DNA of 48,621 nucleotides from an uncultured Blautia sp. GTDB taxonomy: Bacteria > Bacillota > Clostridia > Lachnospirales > Lachnospiraceae. The stretch lies in the NCBI GenBank assembly GCA_946545475.1, contig CAMNNO010000001.1, forward strand, positions 1-48,621, given 5' to 3'. Position numbers and translations under genes: made by a program. Of this stretch, positions 10,640-20,730 are shown in pieces. The number at the start of each line of letters is the position of its first letter. Within the stretch, counting starts at the first letter, position 1. Under the pieces are notes generated by a model, which made no database searches, had not been told where the DNA came from, and saw only the letters and a program-made list of their open reading frames with translations.

Positions 10640-11355
10640 AGGAATTTTACAAAAGAGGAATGGCGGGGTGGTTTAATATACTGTACCCCAGACGGTGCCC
10701 TCTGTGCCTGGATATCCTGGAAGATGAGAGGCGGCAGGCCTGCCCGGCCTGTGAGAGGGCCGCCCGGCCCATACAGGGCCCCAGGTGCTTTATGTGCTCG
10801 GCGCCCGTCGTCGATGGCGAGGAGTACTGCGGGGCCTGCCGCAAGCACCCCCATGTCTTTGACGCTCAGGTGAGCGTTTTTGCGTACTCGGATATGTGGA
10901 AAGCCTCGCTGGAGCGCTACAAATTCCACGGCGCCCGGGAGTTCGCTCCCTTCTACGCCAGGTGCATGGCCAGGAACGCCTGGCCCTATATCCGCAGGTG
11001 GCAGCCGGACCTTATGCTCCCCATCCCCCTCCACAAGAAAAAGGAGCGGGAGAGGGGCTTTAACCAGTCCGCCCTCCTGTGCCGGGAGATGTCGGGGCTG
11101 CTGGAAATTCCGTTTAAAGAGGGCTGCCTGGTCAAGACAAGGGCCACAAGAGCCCAGAAAAAGCTGGACGCCAGGGAACGCCGGGAGAATCTTAAGGGTG
11201 CCTTTTCCGTCACCGAACGCCTGGATGGAGGGCGCATCCTTCTCATAGACGATGTTTTCACGACCGGGAGCACCCTGGACGCGGCCGCGGCGTGCCTGAA
11301 AGAAAACGGGGCGTCCGCCGTCTTTGCCCTTACCCTTTGCATGGCCATGCAGTAA
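10630..11355 (+). CDS. comF: ComF family (double zinc ribbon + phosphoribosyltransferase) protein
   Basis: CxxC pairs, PIPLH...RGFNQS and LIDDVFTTGST. Confidence 0.9.
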   Translation: MGVKEFYKRGMAGWFNILYPRRCPLCLDILEDERRQACPACERAARPIQGPRCFMCSAPVVDGEEYCGACRKHPHVFDAQVSVFAYSDMWKASLERYKFHGAREFAPFYARCMARNAWPYIRRWQPDLMLPIPLHKKKERERGFNQSALLCREMSGLLEIPFKEGCLVKTRATRAQKKLDARERRENLKGAFSVTERLDGGRILLIDDVFTTGSTLDAAAACLKENGASAVFALTLCMAMQ

Positions 11356-11414
11356 GGCGCTGTCGCGAAACTCAAAGTGGTATTTTTCCGCGTTCACGAG
11401 TATAAAGACTTTTC

Positions 11415-11459
11415 ATACCGATTTTTTTATGATACAATAATTTATACCGATTTTTTTAT
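11415..11459. repeat. 16-bp direct repeat in an AT-rich promoter region
   Basis: ATACCGATTTTTTTAT at 11415-11430 and 11444-11459. Confidence 0.8.
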
Positions 11460-11510
11460 ACAACGAATAAAATTAAAAAAATAAAACTATTAAAAAAGTA
11501 GGAACCCCTT

Positions 11511-11936
11511 ATGCCAAACGAAGACAAGATCCGGATCATGACCCGGCTTTCCATATATGAAAAAACCGAAGGACGCAAATATCTTCCCATCAGCAAGTAT
11601 TACCGCAGCGACTACATCGGCCTGGCCCTCATAAGAAACTTCTTCCTGGTGACCATAGGCTATTTCCTCATCCTGGTCGCCTGTGCCGTTTATTTCAGCG
11701 AATACCTGATGGATAACATCAACAAGATGGATCTCATCCAGCTGGGAACGGATATAGTGGCGGCTTATGTTTTTGTCCTGGCGTTTTTCTCGGTCCTGAC
11801 CTATCTCATCACCGCTGTCCGCTATCACAAGGCCAAAAAGAGCGTCCGCACCTACTATCAGGAGCTGACAAAGCTTGAAAAGCTGTATGTCCGCCAGGAG
11901 CGAAGAGCAGAAAATAACAGGAGGGAATACCGATGA
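11511..11936 (+). CDS. Hypothetical membrane protein (2 TM)
   Basis: Two hydrophobic segments; ATGA overlap with the next gene. Confidence 0.8.
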   Translation: MPNEDKIRIMTRLSIYEKTEGRKYLPISKYYRSDYIGLALIRNFFLVTIGYFLILVACAVYFSEYLMDNINKMDLIQLGTDIVAAYVFVLAFFSVLTYLITAVRYHKAKKSVRTYYQELTKLEKLYVRQERRAENNRREYR

Positions 11937-13000
11937 CGGCTCTCGTGGGATTAAAACAGAAGATCCGTTCCTTTTACGGCAAATACGAATTATACTTTGT
12001 GCCCTTCATCAAGTTTGCCGTGGCGTTTTTATATTTTTACTGGATCACCCAGAACATGGGATATCTGGAACAGCTCGACAATACGTTCGTCCTGCTGGTG
12101 TTTTCCCTGCTGTGCAGCATCCTGCCGCCGGTATTCACCACGGCATGCGGCTTTATCCTGATGATCGGCCATGCCCTCGGCATCGGGCTGGAGGCCGGAG
12201 GCTTCATGGCCTTCCTGATCGTGCTGCTCCTCATTTTCTTTCTCCGCTTGAGCAACGGGCAGAGCATTGTCGTCGCCTGCGTGCCGATCTGCTTCGGGCT
12301 TGACGCGCCGGCCCTGCTGCCCATAGGCAGCGCCCTCATGGGCGATGCCCTGTCGGCCTTCCCGGCCGGGTGCGGCGTTGTGCTCTATTACTTTGTGCGG
12401 CAGCTCCGCGTTCAGGCCCCGGTCCTTTCCGGGGATACCCTCGGCCCCTTGGAAAAGCTCCAGCTGATGGTGACAGGGGACGGCGCCCTTATGAATAACT
12501 GGGCCATGTGGCTGACCATCATTGCCTATGTAGCGGTCATTCTGGTGGTCAACCTGATCCGCACGCGTTCCATAAACTATGCCTGGCGCATAGCGATCAT
12601 CGCCGGAGGCGTGCTGTATGTGCTCGTCATGTATATCGGCAGCTTCTATTTCCGTGTGCGGATTTTAGCGGGAGTCCTGGCGCTTCAGACCATGATATCC
12701 GTCGTCATCGGCCTTATCATGGAGATCCTGTTCTTCGGAGGGGACTATGCCCGGGCCGAAAAGCTCCAGTTTGAGGATGACGACTACTACTACTATGTCA
12801 AGGTCATTCCCAAAGCCTATGCTTTGAAGAGCACGTCCCGGAGGAACAGTCCTTCCGGGGACTACCGGAGCGCCCAGGAGGGTGAAGGCGCGTCCCGGGG
12901 AGAGGGCCGCTGGCTGGACCGGAAGGCACAGAAGAAGAAGGAAGACGTATCTGACGTGGACTTCCGCAAAAAGCTGGAGGAATCCTTAAGAGACCTGTAG
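11933..13000 (+). CDS. Polytopic membrane protein of unknown function
   Basis: About 9-10 hydrophobic segments; C-terminal QFEDDDYYYYVKVIPK motif. Confidence 0.8.
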   Translation: MTALVGLKQKIRSFYGKYELYFVPFIKFAVAFLYFYWITQNMGYLEQLDNTFVLLVFSLLCSILPPVFTTACGFILMIGHALGIGLEAGGFMAFLIVLLLIFFLRLSNGQSIVVACVPICFGLDAPALLPIGSALMGDALSAFPAGCGVVLYYFVRQLRVQAPVLSGDTLGPLEKLQLMVTGDGALMNNWAMWLTIIAYVAVILVVNLIRTRSINYAWRIAIIAGGVLYVLVMYIGSFYFRVRILAGVLALQTMISVVIGLIMEILFFGGDYARAEKLQFEDDDYYYYVKVIPKAYALKSTSRRNSPSGDYRSAQEGEGASRGEGRWLDRKAQKKKEDVSDVDFRKKLEESLRDL

Positions 13001-13078
13001 ATCTTATTGTAAACGGCACAGGCAGCAACCCTGCCTGCGGCAGGCAAAGCGTTCCCGCAGGAGGGAGAGGAGGCATCC

Positions 13079-14023
13079 ATGGCGGGCTTTATTCTGACTG
13101 TTTCCGAGTATCTGTCCAAGATCACATTTCCGCTTATTGGAATTACCGATATTCTTGAAATCCTGCTGATCTCGTTTTTTATTTACCAGTTCATGGTATG
13201 GATACGGCAGACCAGGGCTTACTCCCTGCTAAAGGGCATCCTGGTCCTGGTAGCCTTCATGATCGTCGTCTATTTCCTGAGAATGAATACCATTCTCTGG
13301 ATCTTCCGCAACCTGGCCAGTGTGCTGATCATCAGCATTATCATCATCTTCCAGCCGGAGCTCAGAAAGATATTGGAGCAGCTCGGCCGAAGGCGCTTTA
13401 TGGCCGGCCTCCTTTCCTTTGACAACGGGCGGGAGGTTCAGGAGCGCTTTACGGATACGACCATCAATGAGCTGATCAAGGCCTGCTTCGACATGGGAGA
13501 AGCCTATACCGGCGCCCTGATCGCCATTGAGCAGGAAGTCCGGCTTACAGATATCGAAGGCACAGGGATTATAATTGATGGTATCGTAACGAGTCAGCTG
13601 CTCATAAATATTTTTGAACATAATACGCCCCTCCATGACGGAGCCGTGCTGATCCGGGGCAACCGGGTCGCCGCGGCCACCTGCTACCTTCCCCTCTCGG
13701 ACAACATGGCTCTCAGCAAGCAGCTGGGAACCCGGCACAGGGCGGGGGTGGGCCTGAGCGAGAACACGGATTCCCTTGTCATCATCGTATCGGAAGAGAC
13801 CGGCAAGGTATCCTACGCCCAGCACGGCAAGCTCTACCGCGATGTCAACAGCACCGCGCTGCGCGAGGCGCTGGTGGCGGCCCAGGGAAAGCGTTTTGTG
13901 GATAAAAGGCTGCGCCAGTTCCTGAAAAGCCGGCGTCTCAAGAAGCTCATATCAGAAAGCCGGGAAGATATCCCCGATGAAAAAACGGAGAAAAAGTCCG
14001 GAAATAAAAAAGAAGGCTTATGA
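13079..14023 (+). CDS. cdaA: Diadenylate cyclase CdaA (DacA)
   Basis: Three N-terminal TM helices, FQPELR, catalytic HDGA and RHR motifs, VSEETG. Confidence 0.95.
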   Translation: MAGFILTVSEYLSKITFPLIGITDILEILLISFFIYQFMVWIRQTRAYSLLKGILVLVAFMIVVYFLRMNTILWIFRNLASVLIISIIIIFQPELRKILEQLGRRRFMAGLLSFDNGREVQERFTDTTINELIKACFDMGEAYTGALIAIEQEVRLTDIEGTGIIIDGIVTSQLLINIFEHNTPLHDGAVLIRGNRVAAATCYLPLSDNMALSKQLGTRHRAGVGLSENTDSLVIIVSEETGKVSYAQHGKLYRDVNSTALREALVAAQGKRFVDKRLRQFLKSRRLKKLISESREDIPDEKTEKKSGNKKEGL

Positions 14024-15330
14024 AGAAAAAACTGACTGATAATCTTGCTCTCAAGATCATATCCCTCGTCTGCGGCATCCTGGTCTGGCTGGTCGTCGCG
14101 AATATTGACAACCCCATCATCGAGCGGAGCTTTACCCTCCAGGATGTGGACCTCGTCAATGAAGCCTACATCGAGGATACCGGGATGATGTGCGTGCAGA
14201 ATGTCAAGCAGACCACGGTCCGGGTCACTCTGACCGGGGAACGGCTCCTGCTTGACAGCCTGACCGCGGAGGACATCCGTCTGACCGCGGACCTGCAGCA
14301 GGCTGTCAGCTTTAACACGGACCCGGTCATGATCCCGTTGAGCGCCAGCTGCCCCGGCATAGCGGCCGGCAAGATCCGTATAAGCCCGCCGAATTACGCG
14401 GTCAGCCTGGAAGCTAAAGTCACCAACGAATATCTGATAAACATAAATAACGGCGAAAGCAAACCGGCCCGCGGGTATGCCGTGGGAACGCAGACAGTTT
14501 CTCCGGAAAAGATACGCATTACCGGCCCCCAGTCGGTCATGTCGCGCATCGACCGGGTGGTGGCGGCCGTCAATCTGGACGGCGCCTCCCAGGAGAGGTC
14601 CGACACCGTTTCCCTGCAGATCTATGACAAAAACGGCGACAGCCTGCAGTCGGTATATTTAAGCAATCTGAGGCTGGAAAATGACGGCAAGGCGACCGTG
14701 ACGACAAAGTTCTGGCGCGTCCGCCAGAATGTCGCCCTGGCAGCGGATTATGTGGGCACGCCGGCACAGGGGTACGTGGTGAACAGCGTCACCACGGTTC
14801 CCGAAACCATAAGCGTGGCCGGCACCGCGGATGCCCTGGAAAGCCTGAGAAAAGCCGGGAACCGGATCTATGTCCACGATAAGCGCGTGGATGTGACCGG
14901 GGTCTCGGATGATCTTGAGGTCCGCATCAGCCTGGCCTCCCTCATGCCGGAGGGCACCAGGATCAGCGAAAGCTCTTCCGATGAGGTGCTGGTCAACGTG
15001 TGCATCCTGCCGGAAGGCGGCTATGTGTTTTACATTCCCACCAACGAGATCCGGGTTGAAAACCGCTCGCCGGACATGCAGGTGACGTTCGAGTTTGACC
15101 GGATCGAGGTCCGGGTGAAAAAAAACACCGCTCCGGAAGAGGGTTTTGATACGAAAGAGGACTTTGATGAGGATGCCGCCACGGCCGCCATAGACCTTAC
15201 CGGCATTCAGGAAGGGCTAAGCACCGTGCCCGTAAAGATTGCCCTGCCGGAAGGCTATGAGCTGGTAGAGGACGTTTCCACCGAGGTCACAGCCCGGTAT
15301 ATCACCGTGGTAAACGCCACGGAGCCCTGA
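14020..15330 (+). CDS. cdaR: CdaR/YbbR-like regulator
   Basis: N-terminal TM (KIISLVCGILVWLVV) and repeated YbbR-like beta domains; overlaps the cdaA stop. Confidence 0.88.
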   Translation: MKKKLTDNLALKIISLVCGILVWLVVANIDNPIIERSFTLQDVDLVNEAYIEDTGMMCVQNVKQTTVRVTLTGERLLLDSLTAEDIRLTADLQQAVSFNTDPVMIPLSASCPGIAAGKIRISPPNYAVSLEAKVTNEYLININNGESKPARGYAVGTQTVSPEKIRITGPQSVMSRIDRVVAAVNLDGASQERSDTVSLQIYDKNGDSLQSVYLSNLRLENDGKATVTTKFWRVRQNVALAADYVGTPAQGYVVNSVTTVPETISVAGTADALESLRKAGNRIYVHDKRVDVTGVSDDLEVRISLASLMPEGTRISESSSDEVLVNVCILPEGGYVFYIPTNEIRVENRSPDMQVTFEFDRIEVRVKKNTAPEEGFDTKEDFDEDAATAAIDLTGIQEGLSTVPVKIALPEGYELVEDVSTEVTARYITVVNATEP

Positions 15331-15341
15331 TCGTTTTCTTT

Positions 15342-15374
15342 GATCCGATTTTTTGATCCGATTTTTTTCGATCC
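15342..15374. repeat. Short tandem repeat, 13-bp unit GATCCGATTTTTT, about 2.5 copies
   Basis: Read directly between cdaR and ptsH. Confidence 0.7.
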
Positions 15375-15431
15375 AGGCATGATTCGGCCTGAGATCCGTG
15401 CGTATATATCATCGTAAAGGGAGGTGAAAAG

Positions 15432-15695
15432 GTGGTCAGCCGGAAAGTTGTCATAAATAATCTGTCGGGGCTTCATCTGCGCCCGGCAGGGATACTCTGT
15501 AAGCAGGCCATGCATTTTGACTCTCTCATTACATTTGCCTGTAAAAGCGGGCAGGCCAATGCCAAAAGTGTTCTGAGCGTCCTCGGCGCCTGCGTCAAGT
15601 GCGGCGATGAGATCGAGCTCTTTTGCGACGGCCACGACGAAAATGAAGCCATGAAAGCCCTGGTGACGGCTATCGAAGGAGGACTGGGAGAGTAA
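15432..15695 (+). CDS. ptsH: HPr phosphocarrier protein
   Basis: GLHLRPA (His15) and NAKSVLSVL (Ser46). GTG start after GGAGGT. Confidence 0.92.
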   Translation: MVSRKVVINNLSGLHLRPAGILCKQAMHFDSLITFACKSGQANAKSVLSVLGACVKCGDEIELFCDGHDENEAMKALVTAIEGGLGE

Positions 15696-15779
15696 GCCGC
15701 TCCCTCCTGCCCGGTGACAGTCACTTAAAAAAGCAAATAAAGTATCTATTTAAAGTATCTATATTAAAGGAGGAAAAAC

Positions 15780-18587
15780 ATGAAGAAAAAGGTGATCGCG
15801 CTCGCGCTGTGCCTGGCGTTGAGCGTGGAAAGTGCATCCTGGGCAGGCGCTTTTTCTTTAGAGGAAGAGGATCTTATCTCCTCCAGCGAAAATCCCGTCT
15901 ATTCCGTAGCGTCCGGTGAAGGCGACGCGGACTTAAGCCTTGATGACATGGCTCCCGAGGATTTCTTCCAGGATATCGTCATAGAAGATATCGCTATGGA
16001 AGAGTATGACCAGGGCAGCGCTCCCGTCCAGGGCACATTTACGGAGGACATTTCTTTTGACGATGCCGTTTACGGCGAGATCAGTTTCGAGGAAGGCGAC
16101 CTGGACGGCCAGGCCGTCATGGATGGCGCCATCGGCTTTGAGGAAGGCAACGGCAACCTGGACGCCTTTATTGATATAGAAGAAGAGGACCTTCTGACCT
16201 CCTCCGTCAGCACGACGGATGCGGTCCCGGAGGTCAGCGCCGCCTATACCCGCCTTGCCGTCACCGTCTACAACGAGGATTGGGCGATATACAGCTACGG
16301 CTACAAGCTCCGCCGCAAAAACGCCGTTGAGGTTGTCTATGCGGGCAACGAGGACCCCGGCGAATTTGAGGAAGCCTTCCCCATTGAGGAAGCCGACCTG
16401 GCCGCAGCGTCCGTCGGCGCCGGCAACGAGGACGGCTCCGACCCGTTCGAGGGAACGCCCTTCGAGCCGGCCGCCGGCCCGGAGAGCACGGTCATCGCCG
16501 GAAGCGAGGAAGCCTATCTTGACGAGATCAACTTTGTGGAGGACGATGCTGCCTCTGTCTCCTCCGGCGCCGATCTCCTGAGCGACGGCCTCCAGGAAGA
16601 GCCGGTAAGCGAAAACGTGTATTCCGTCGGCGCCACGGCCGCGGACATTTTCTATACCTCCAAGGACGGCGTCATCCGCGTCACGACCATTGACCGCGCG
16701 ACCGGCAAGTCGCACACCGGCTACTACCTCTTCGACGACAACGGCAAGATGCTGACCGGCCGCCGCAGCCTTAAGCCCGGCACGCCCGGCCAGACCTACA
16801 ATTACCAGACCTATAAGCTCTGCATGTTTACCCCCTCCAATGTGGCTAAGCTCTACGACGAGTACGCCGGCCAGAACGTGATCCTGACCCCGCTCAACAG
16901 CGACATCGGACAGCGCAAGGATAACTACTGGTACTGGGACAAGGCCGCCGGCAAGTTCCAGTATTTCGACAACAACGGCAACCGCTATCCCATGAACGAG
17001 CTGAACGCGCAGTACGCCTCCGTCGGCTACTTCAACATCAACGGGAAATCCTACCAGCTGATGAGCAGCGGACGCCCCCGCACCGGCCTTCGCGAGATCA
17101 ACGGAAACCTCTACTTCTTCCGCCCGGATACCGAGATCCCCGGCGAAATGCTCGTCGGCTCCTGGATGAAGCTGAACAGCAAGACGACATCCCGCTATCT
17201 GTATTTCCAGGGCTATGAAGCCGGCGACAAGCGCGGCCAGGCCCTTAAGCATACCGGCTATCACGTGGCCGCCGTGGTCGAAAACGGCTACACCTACCGC
17301 TATCTCCTGAACAAGAACGGATATCTTCTGGCCAACAAGCTGAGAGTAAAGGCCGAGGACGGAGGCACCTACTGCTCCGGAGCCGATGCCAGGGTCTACA
17401 CCAACACGCTCCTTCGCATCGGCGATACCCGCTACTACTTCGGCGGCGACGGCAAGCAGGCCTCCTGGCAGAACCAGTGGATCTATCTTGGCGGCTCCAT
17501 CAAGCAGTATTACTACTTCGGCGCGAATCCCGGGCAGGTGGAGGAAAAGACCGGCATCCAGAAGGTGACTGTAAACGACAAGTTCGCCGGCTGGTTCTAT
17601 TTCCCAGAAAACGGCAACCACGTCAAGAGCGCCCTGGTGGACGACCGCTATTATGACAGCGTCGGCCGCATGGTCAGCGCCATCCAGACCGTGAACGGGA
17701 AGACCTATTTCTTCCGCGTATCCAACTCTACGGAATACCGCGGCACCATGTACAAAGAGACCCTGATCCACTATCAGGATAAGTATTATTACGCTACGGC
17801 CGACGGCACCCTCTTTAAGGAAGGCAGCCGCACCATCAACGGCAAGACCTATTTCTTCAAGGACTATGTGATGCTGTTCGACACCTTCACCTGGAACGGC
17901 AGCACCTACGGCTATGTCAACAAGAGCGGCACCTTTGTCACCGGCTGGGTCGTGGAAAGCGACGCCCAGAACCTGGTGAGGTACGTCAACCCGGCCGGCG
18001 GCGGCTTCTACAAGAGCACATCGGCCAACATCGGCGGCCTGATCTATTACTTTGACGCCAACGGCTACCGCCGGAACGATGTCACCGACATCTACACGGG
18101 TCCCTACTACCTGGAGGTCGACCGCGTGAACGGCGTCATGACCGTTTATAACTCCGCCCGCACCGTGCCGGTCAAGAGCATCCGCGTATCCGTAGGCCTG
18201 GCCGGGACCGAAACGCCCCTCGGCACCTTCTACCTGACCAGGTCCGACCGCTGGCAGGCCCTGATGGGCCCGTCCTGGGGCCAGTACGGCACCCATGTGT
18301 ATGAAGGCATCTTCATCCACTCCGTGGCCTGCACCTACGCCAACTCCTACAACGTGCCCAGGTATGAGTACAACAAGCTGGGCAACCCCGCCTCCCACGG
18401 CTGCATCCGCTGCTGCGTGGCCGATGCCAAGTGGGTATGGGAGAACTGCAACGGCGCCCGCATCCGCGTCTTCGACGGGTCCTATACCTCGTCCGAAGCC
18501 TTCAAGGGACCGCTTGGCCGCCGCGCCCTCGTTCCCATGCCGGAAGGCGCCTACTACGACCCCACCGACCCGGCAGTCGTCGGCTAA
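15780..18587 (+). CDS. Secreted L,D-transpeptidase (YkuD domain) with cell-wall/choline-binding-like repeats and an acidic N-terminal region
   Basis: Signal peptide, D/E-rich region of about 260 aa, YYF/GKTY aromatic repeats, C-terminal IFIHS...SHGCIR. Confidence 0.88.
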   Translation: MKKKVIALALCLALSVESASWAGAFSLEEEDLISSSENPVYSVASGEGDADLSLDDMAPEDFFQDIVIEDIAMEEYDQGSAPVQGTFTEDISFDDAVYGEISFEEGDLDGQAVMDGAIGFEEGNGNLDAFIDIEEEDLLTSSVSTTDAVPEVSAAYTRLAVTVYNEDWAIYSYGYKLRRKNAVEVVYAGNEDPGEFEEAFPIEEADLAAASVGAGNEDGSDPFEGTPFEPAAGPESTVIAGSEEAYLDEINFVEDDAASVSSGADLLSDGLQEEPVSENVYSVGATAADIFYTSKDGVIRVTTIDRATGKSHTGYYLFDDNGKMLTGRRSLKPGTPGQTYNYQTYKLCMFTPSNVAKLYDEYAGQNVILTPLNSDIGQRKDNYWYWDKAAGKFQYFDNNGNRYPMNELNAQYASVGYFNINGKSYQLMSSGRPRTGLREINGNLYFFRPDTEIPGEMLVGSWMKLNSKTTSRYLYFQGYEAGDKRGQALKHTGYHVAAVVENGYTYRYLLNKNGYLLANKLRVKAEDGGTYCSGADARVYTNTLLRIGDTRYYFGGDGKQASWQNQWIYLGGSIKQYYYFGANPGQVEEKTGIQKVTVNDKFAGWFYFPENGNHVKSALVDDRYYDSVGRMVSAIQTVNGKTYFFRVSNSTEYRGTMYKETLIHYQDKYYYATADGTLFKEGSRTINGKTYFFKDYVMLFDTFTWNGSTYGYVNKSGTFVTGWVVESDAQNLVRYVNPAGGGFYKSTSANIGGLIYYFDANGYRRNDVTDIYTGPYYLEVDRVNGVMTVYNSARTVPVKSIRVSVGLAGTETPLGTFYLTRSDRWQALMGPSWGQYGTHVYEGIFIHSVACTYANSYNVPRYEYNKLGNPASHGCIRCCVADAKWVWENCNGARIRVFDGSYTSSEAFKGPLGRRALVPMPEGAYYDPTDPAVVG

Positions 18588-18623
18588 GGCACCGATTTCC
18601 AAATATAATTCCACCTCTGCGAT

Positions 18624-18671
18624 AAGAGCCAGGGACCAGACCTCCTTACAGGGGTCTGGTCCCTGGCTCTT
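18624..18671. terminator. Long hairpin, probable intrinsic terminator
   Basis: 19-bp perfect stem AAGAGCCAGGGACCAGACC / GGTCTGGTCCCTGGCTCTT just after the L,D-transpeptidase stop. Confidence 0.75.
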
Positions 18672-18804
18672 TACAAAAATCAGTTTTTGTGTTAAAGATA
18701 TATAGGAACAACACCATTGGGCAGCCAGTGACGCACGGACATGTCAGGCTCTGTGAAATTGCCGGCTGTGGATAAAAGCAAGATGAGAGGAAGGGAATAA
18801 AACC

Positions 18805-20097
18805 ATGTCCGTACCAAGAAAACGATCGACTCTCTTTAAGACGCTTCTCCTCCTTCTGTTCATCACATGCCTGGCACTTGCCGGGTCCGTCCCTTCCCGG
18901 GCGGATATTTCCCGCCATTTCGTTGTGGTCCTGGATCCTGGCCATGGCGGGGAGGAAAGCGGGGCTGCGCACAGCTATAACGGCGTCACGTACATAGAAT
19001 CGGTCCTGAATTACAAAATAGCCATCTATACCATGCAGGCGCTCACGCGGGACGCGCCCAATATCGATGTCTTTCTCACAAGGAAAGAAAACGAATACCT
19101 GGATGTCGACCAGCGCGTCCCCGTAGCCATGCGCTACCATCCGGACCTGATCGTCAGCCTTCACAACAATTCCTTTTCCGACCCGACGCTGCATGGTGCC
19201 TGCGTCCTGCTTTCCAGCGGCACCTACCGCGAGGAGCTTATGAAAAAGGAGCAGGTATTCGCACGCTATGTCTTACAGGAGCTGACAGCCCTCGGCATTG
19301 CCAGGTACAATTCCCTGACCGGGGGGCTGGCCTACCGCCTCTCCGAGGACGGGACGCTCTACCCCAACGGCCGCCTGGCGGACTACTATGCCGTCGTTAA
19401 GCACAGCGTCCTGAACAATGTCCCGGGCGTCATCATTGAGCACGCTTTTATGTCAAACGAACAGGATATGATGACTTATCTGCGGACGGAAGAACAGCTG
19501 CGCGCCCTCGGTGAGGCGGATGCCCGGGCCATCATTCGCTACTTTAAGGACCAGGAGCCAAAGCCTGTCGAGAAGGACGGCTGGCAATATGAAAACGGCA
19601 AGTATTACTATTATCAGAACGGCGCAAAAGTGGTGCGGACCCTCCTGAACCTGGACGGCGAGATCTATTATGTCAACAAGGACGGCGTGCGGATGACCGG
19701 ATGGGTCAGGAACATTAAAGGCAAGGCCTACTTCTTCGACGACGAGGGGCGTGCCGTTAAGGGCTGGTACACAGACAGCCAGGGAAACCGCTATTACTTT
19801 AACTCTGTCCAGGGCTTCCTCTATGCCAACCGCATCATCAAGAACAACGGCAAGCTCTACGCCTGCAAGCCGGACGGCCGGATCGCCGTCAAGGAATTTG
19901 TCACCATCGACGGCAAGACCTACTACGCGCCCAGCACAGGCGTTCTGTACCTGAAATGGCACAAGATCCTGGGAAAATGGTATTACTTCAACAGCACCAC
20001 CGGCATTATGTACCAGAATACGTCCATGAAGACGGCCGACAACAAGCAGGTCTTCTACTTTGGCGCCAACGGCGTATGCCTGAATCGAAAAGATTAA
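18805..20097 (+). CDS. N-acetylmuramoyl-L-alanine amidase (Amidase_3) with cell-wall-binding repeats
   Basis: Signal peptide, LDPGHGG, ESVLN, SLHNN and IIEHAFM; C-terminal GW...YYF repeats. Confidence 0.9.
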   Translation: MSVPRKRSTLFKTLLLLLFITCLALAGSVPSRADISRHFVVVLDPGHGGEESGAAHSYNGVTYIESVLNYKIAIYTMQALTRDAPNIDVFLTRKENEYLDVDQRVPVAMRYHPDLIVSLHNNSFSDPTLHGACVLLSSGTYREELMKKEQVFARYVLQELTALGIARYNSLTGGLAYRLSEDGTLYPNGRLADYYAVVKHSVLNNVPGVIIEHAFMSNEQDMMTYLRTEEQLRALGEADARAIIRYFKDQEPKPVEKDGWQYENGKYYYYQNGAKVVRTLLNLDGEIYYVNKDGVRMTGWVRNIKGKAYFFDDEGRAVKGWYTDSQGNRYYFNSVQGFLYANRIIKNNGKLYACKPDGRIAVKEFVTIDGKTYYAPSTGVLYLKWHKILGKWYYFNSTTGIMYQNTSMKTADNKQVFYFGANGVCLNRKD

Positions 20098-20116
20098 AAA
20101 GAATAGGATAATTATT

Positions 20117-20683
20117 ATGGGAAAAATTACAGTAACACCCTGCGGGGATATCGAAGGACTTTATGTGGTGGAACCGGCCGTTTACGGCGACGCGCGGGGG
20201 TTCTTCATGGAAACCTATAATTACAGGGACTTTGCCGAGGCCGGGATGGATGTCACCTTTGTCCAGGACAACCAGTCCGGTTCCTCCTACGGGGTCCTCC
20301 GCGGTCTTCACTTCCAGAAGCAGTACCCCCAGGACAAGCTGGTGCGGGTGGTCGTGGGCGAAGTGTTTGATGTGGCCGTCGACCTGCGCGAGGGCTCTAA
20401 GACCTTCGGCCAGTGGTATGGCGTGACTTTGTCGGCTGAGAACAAAAAGCAGTTTTTCATCCCCAAGGGCTTTGCCCACGGCTTCCTGGTTCTCTCTGAC
20501 CAAGCGGAATTTGCCTACAAATGCTCGGACTTTTACCATCCGGACGACGAGGGCGGCATTGCCTACAACGACCCGGATATCGGCGTCGCCTGGCCCATCC
20601 CCGAGGGCATGCAGCTGCGTTTGTCCGACAAGGATAAGCGCTGGGGAAGCTTTCGCGCCTACCGGGAAGAAAAGCACCTGTAA
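20117..20683 (+). CDS. rfbC: dTDP-4-dehydrorhamnose 3,5-epimerase
   Basis: DARGFF, VQDNQS, LRGLHFQ and PKGFAHGF. Confidence 0.96.
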   Translation: MGKITVTPCGDIEGLYVVEPAVYGDARGFFMETYNYRDFAEAGMDVTFVQDNQSGSSYGVLRGLHFQKQYPQDKLVRVVVGEVFDVAVDLREGSKTFGQWYGVTLSAENKKQFFIPKGFAHGFLVLSDQAEFAYKCSDFYHPDDEGGIAYNDPDIGVAWPIPEGMQLRLSDKDKRWGSFRAYREEKHL

Positions 20684-20730
20684 AAGGGAGGGAAGCCAAT
20701 GAAGCATATCCCTAAAATGGAGGACAGGAA

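Noticed and set aside
15933-18614. 893-aa antisense ORF
   Set aside because: It is a shadow of the L,D-transpeptidase gene caused by C-rich third positions, and has no motifs.
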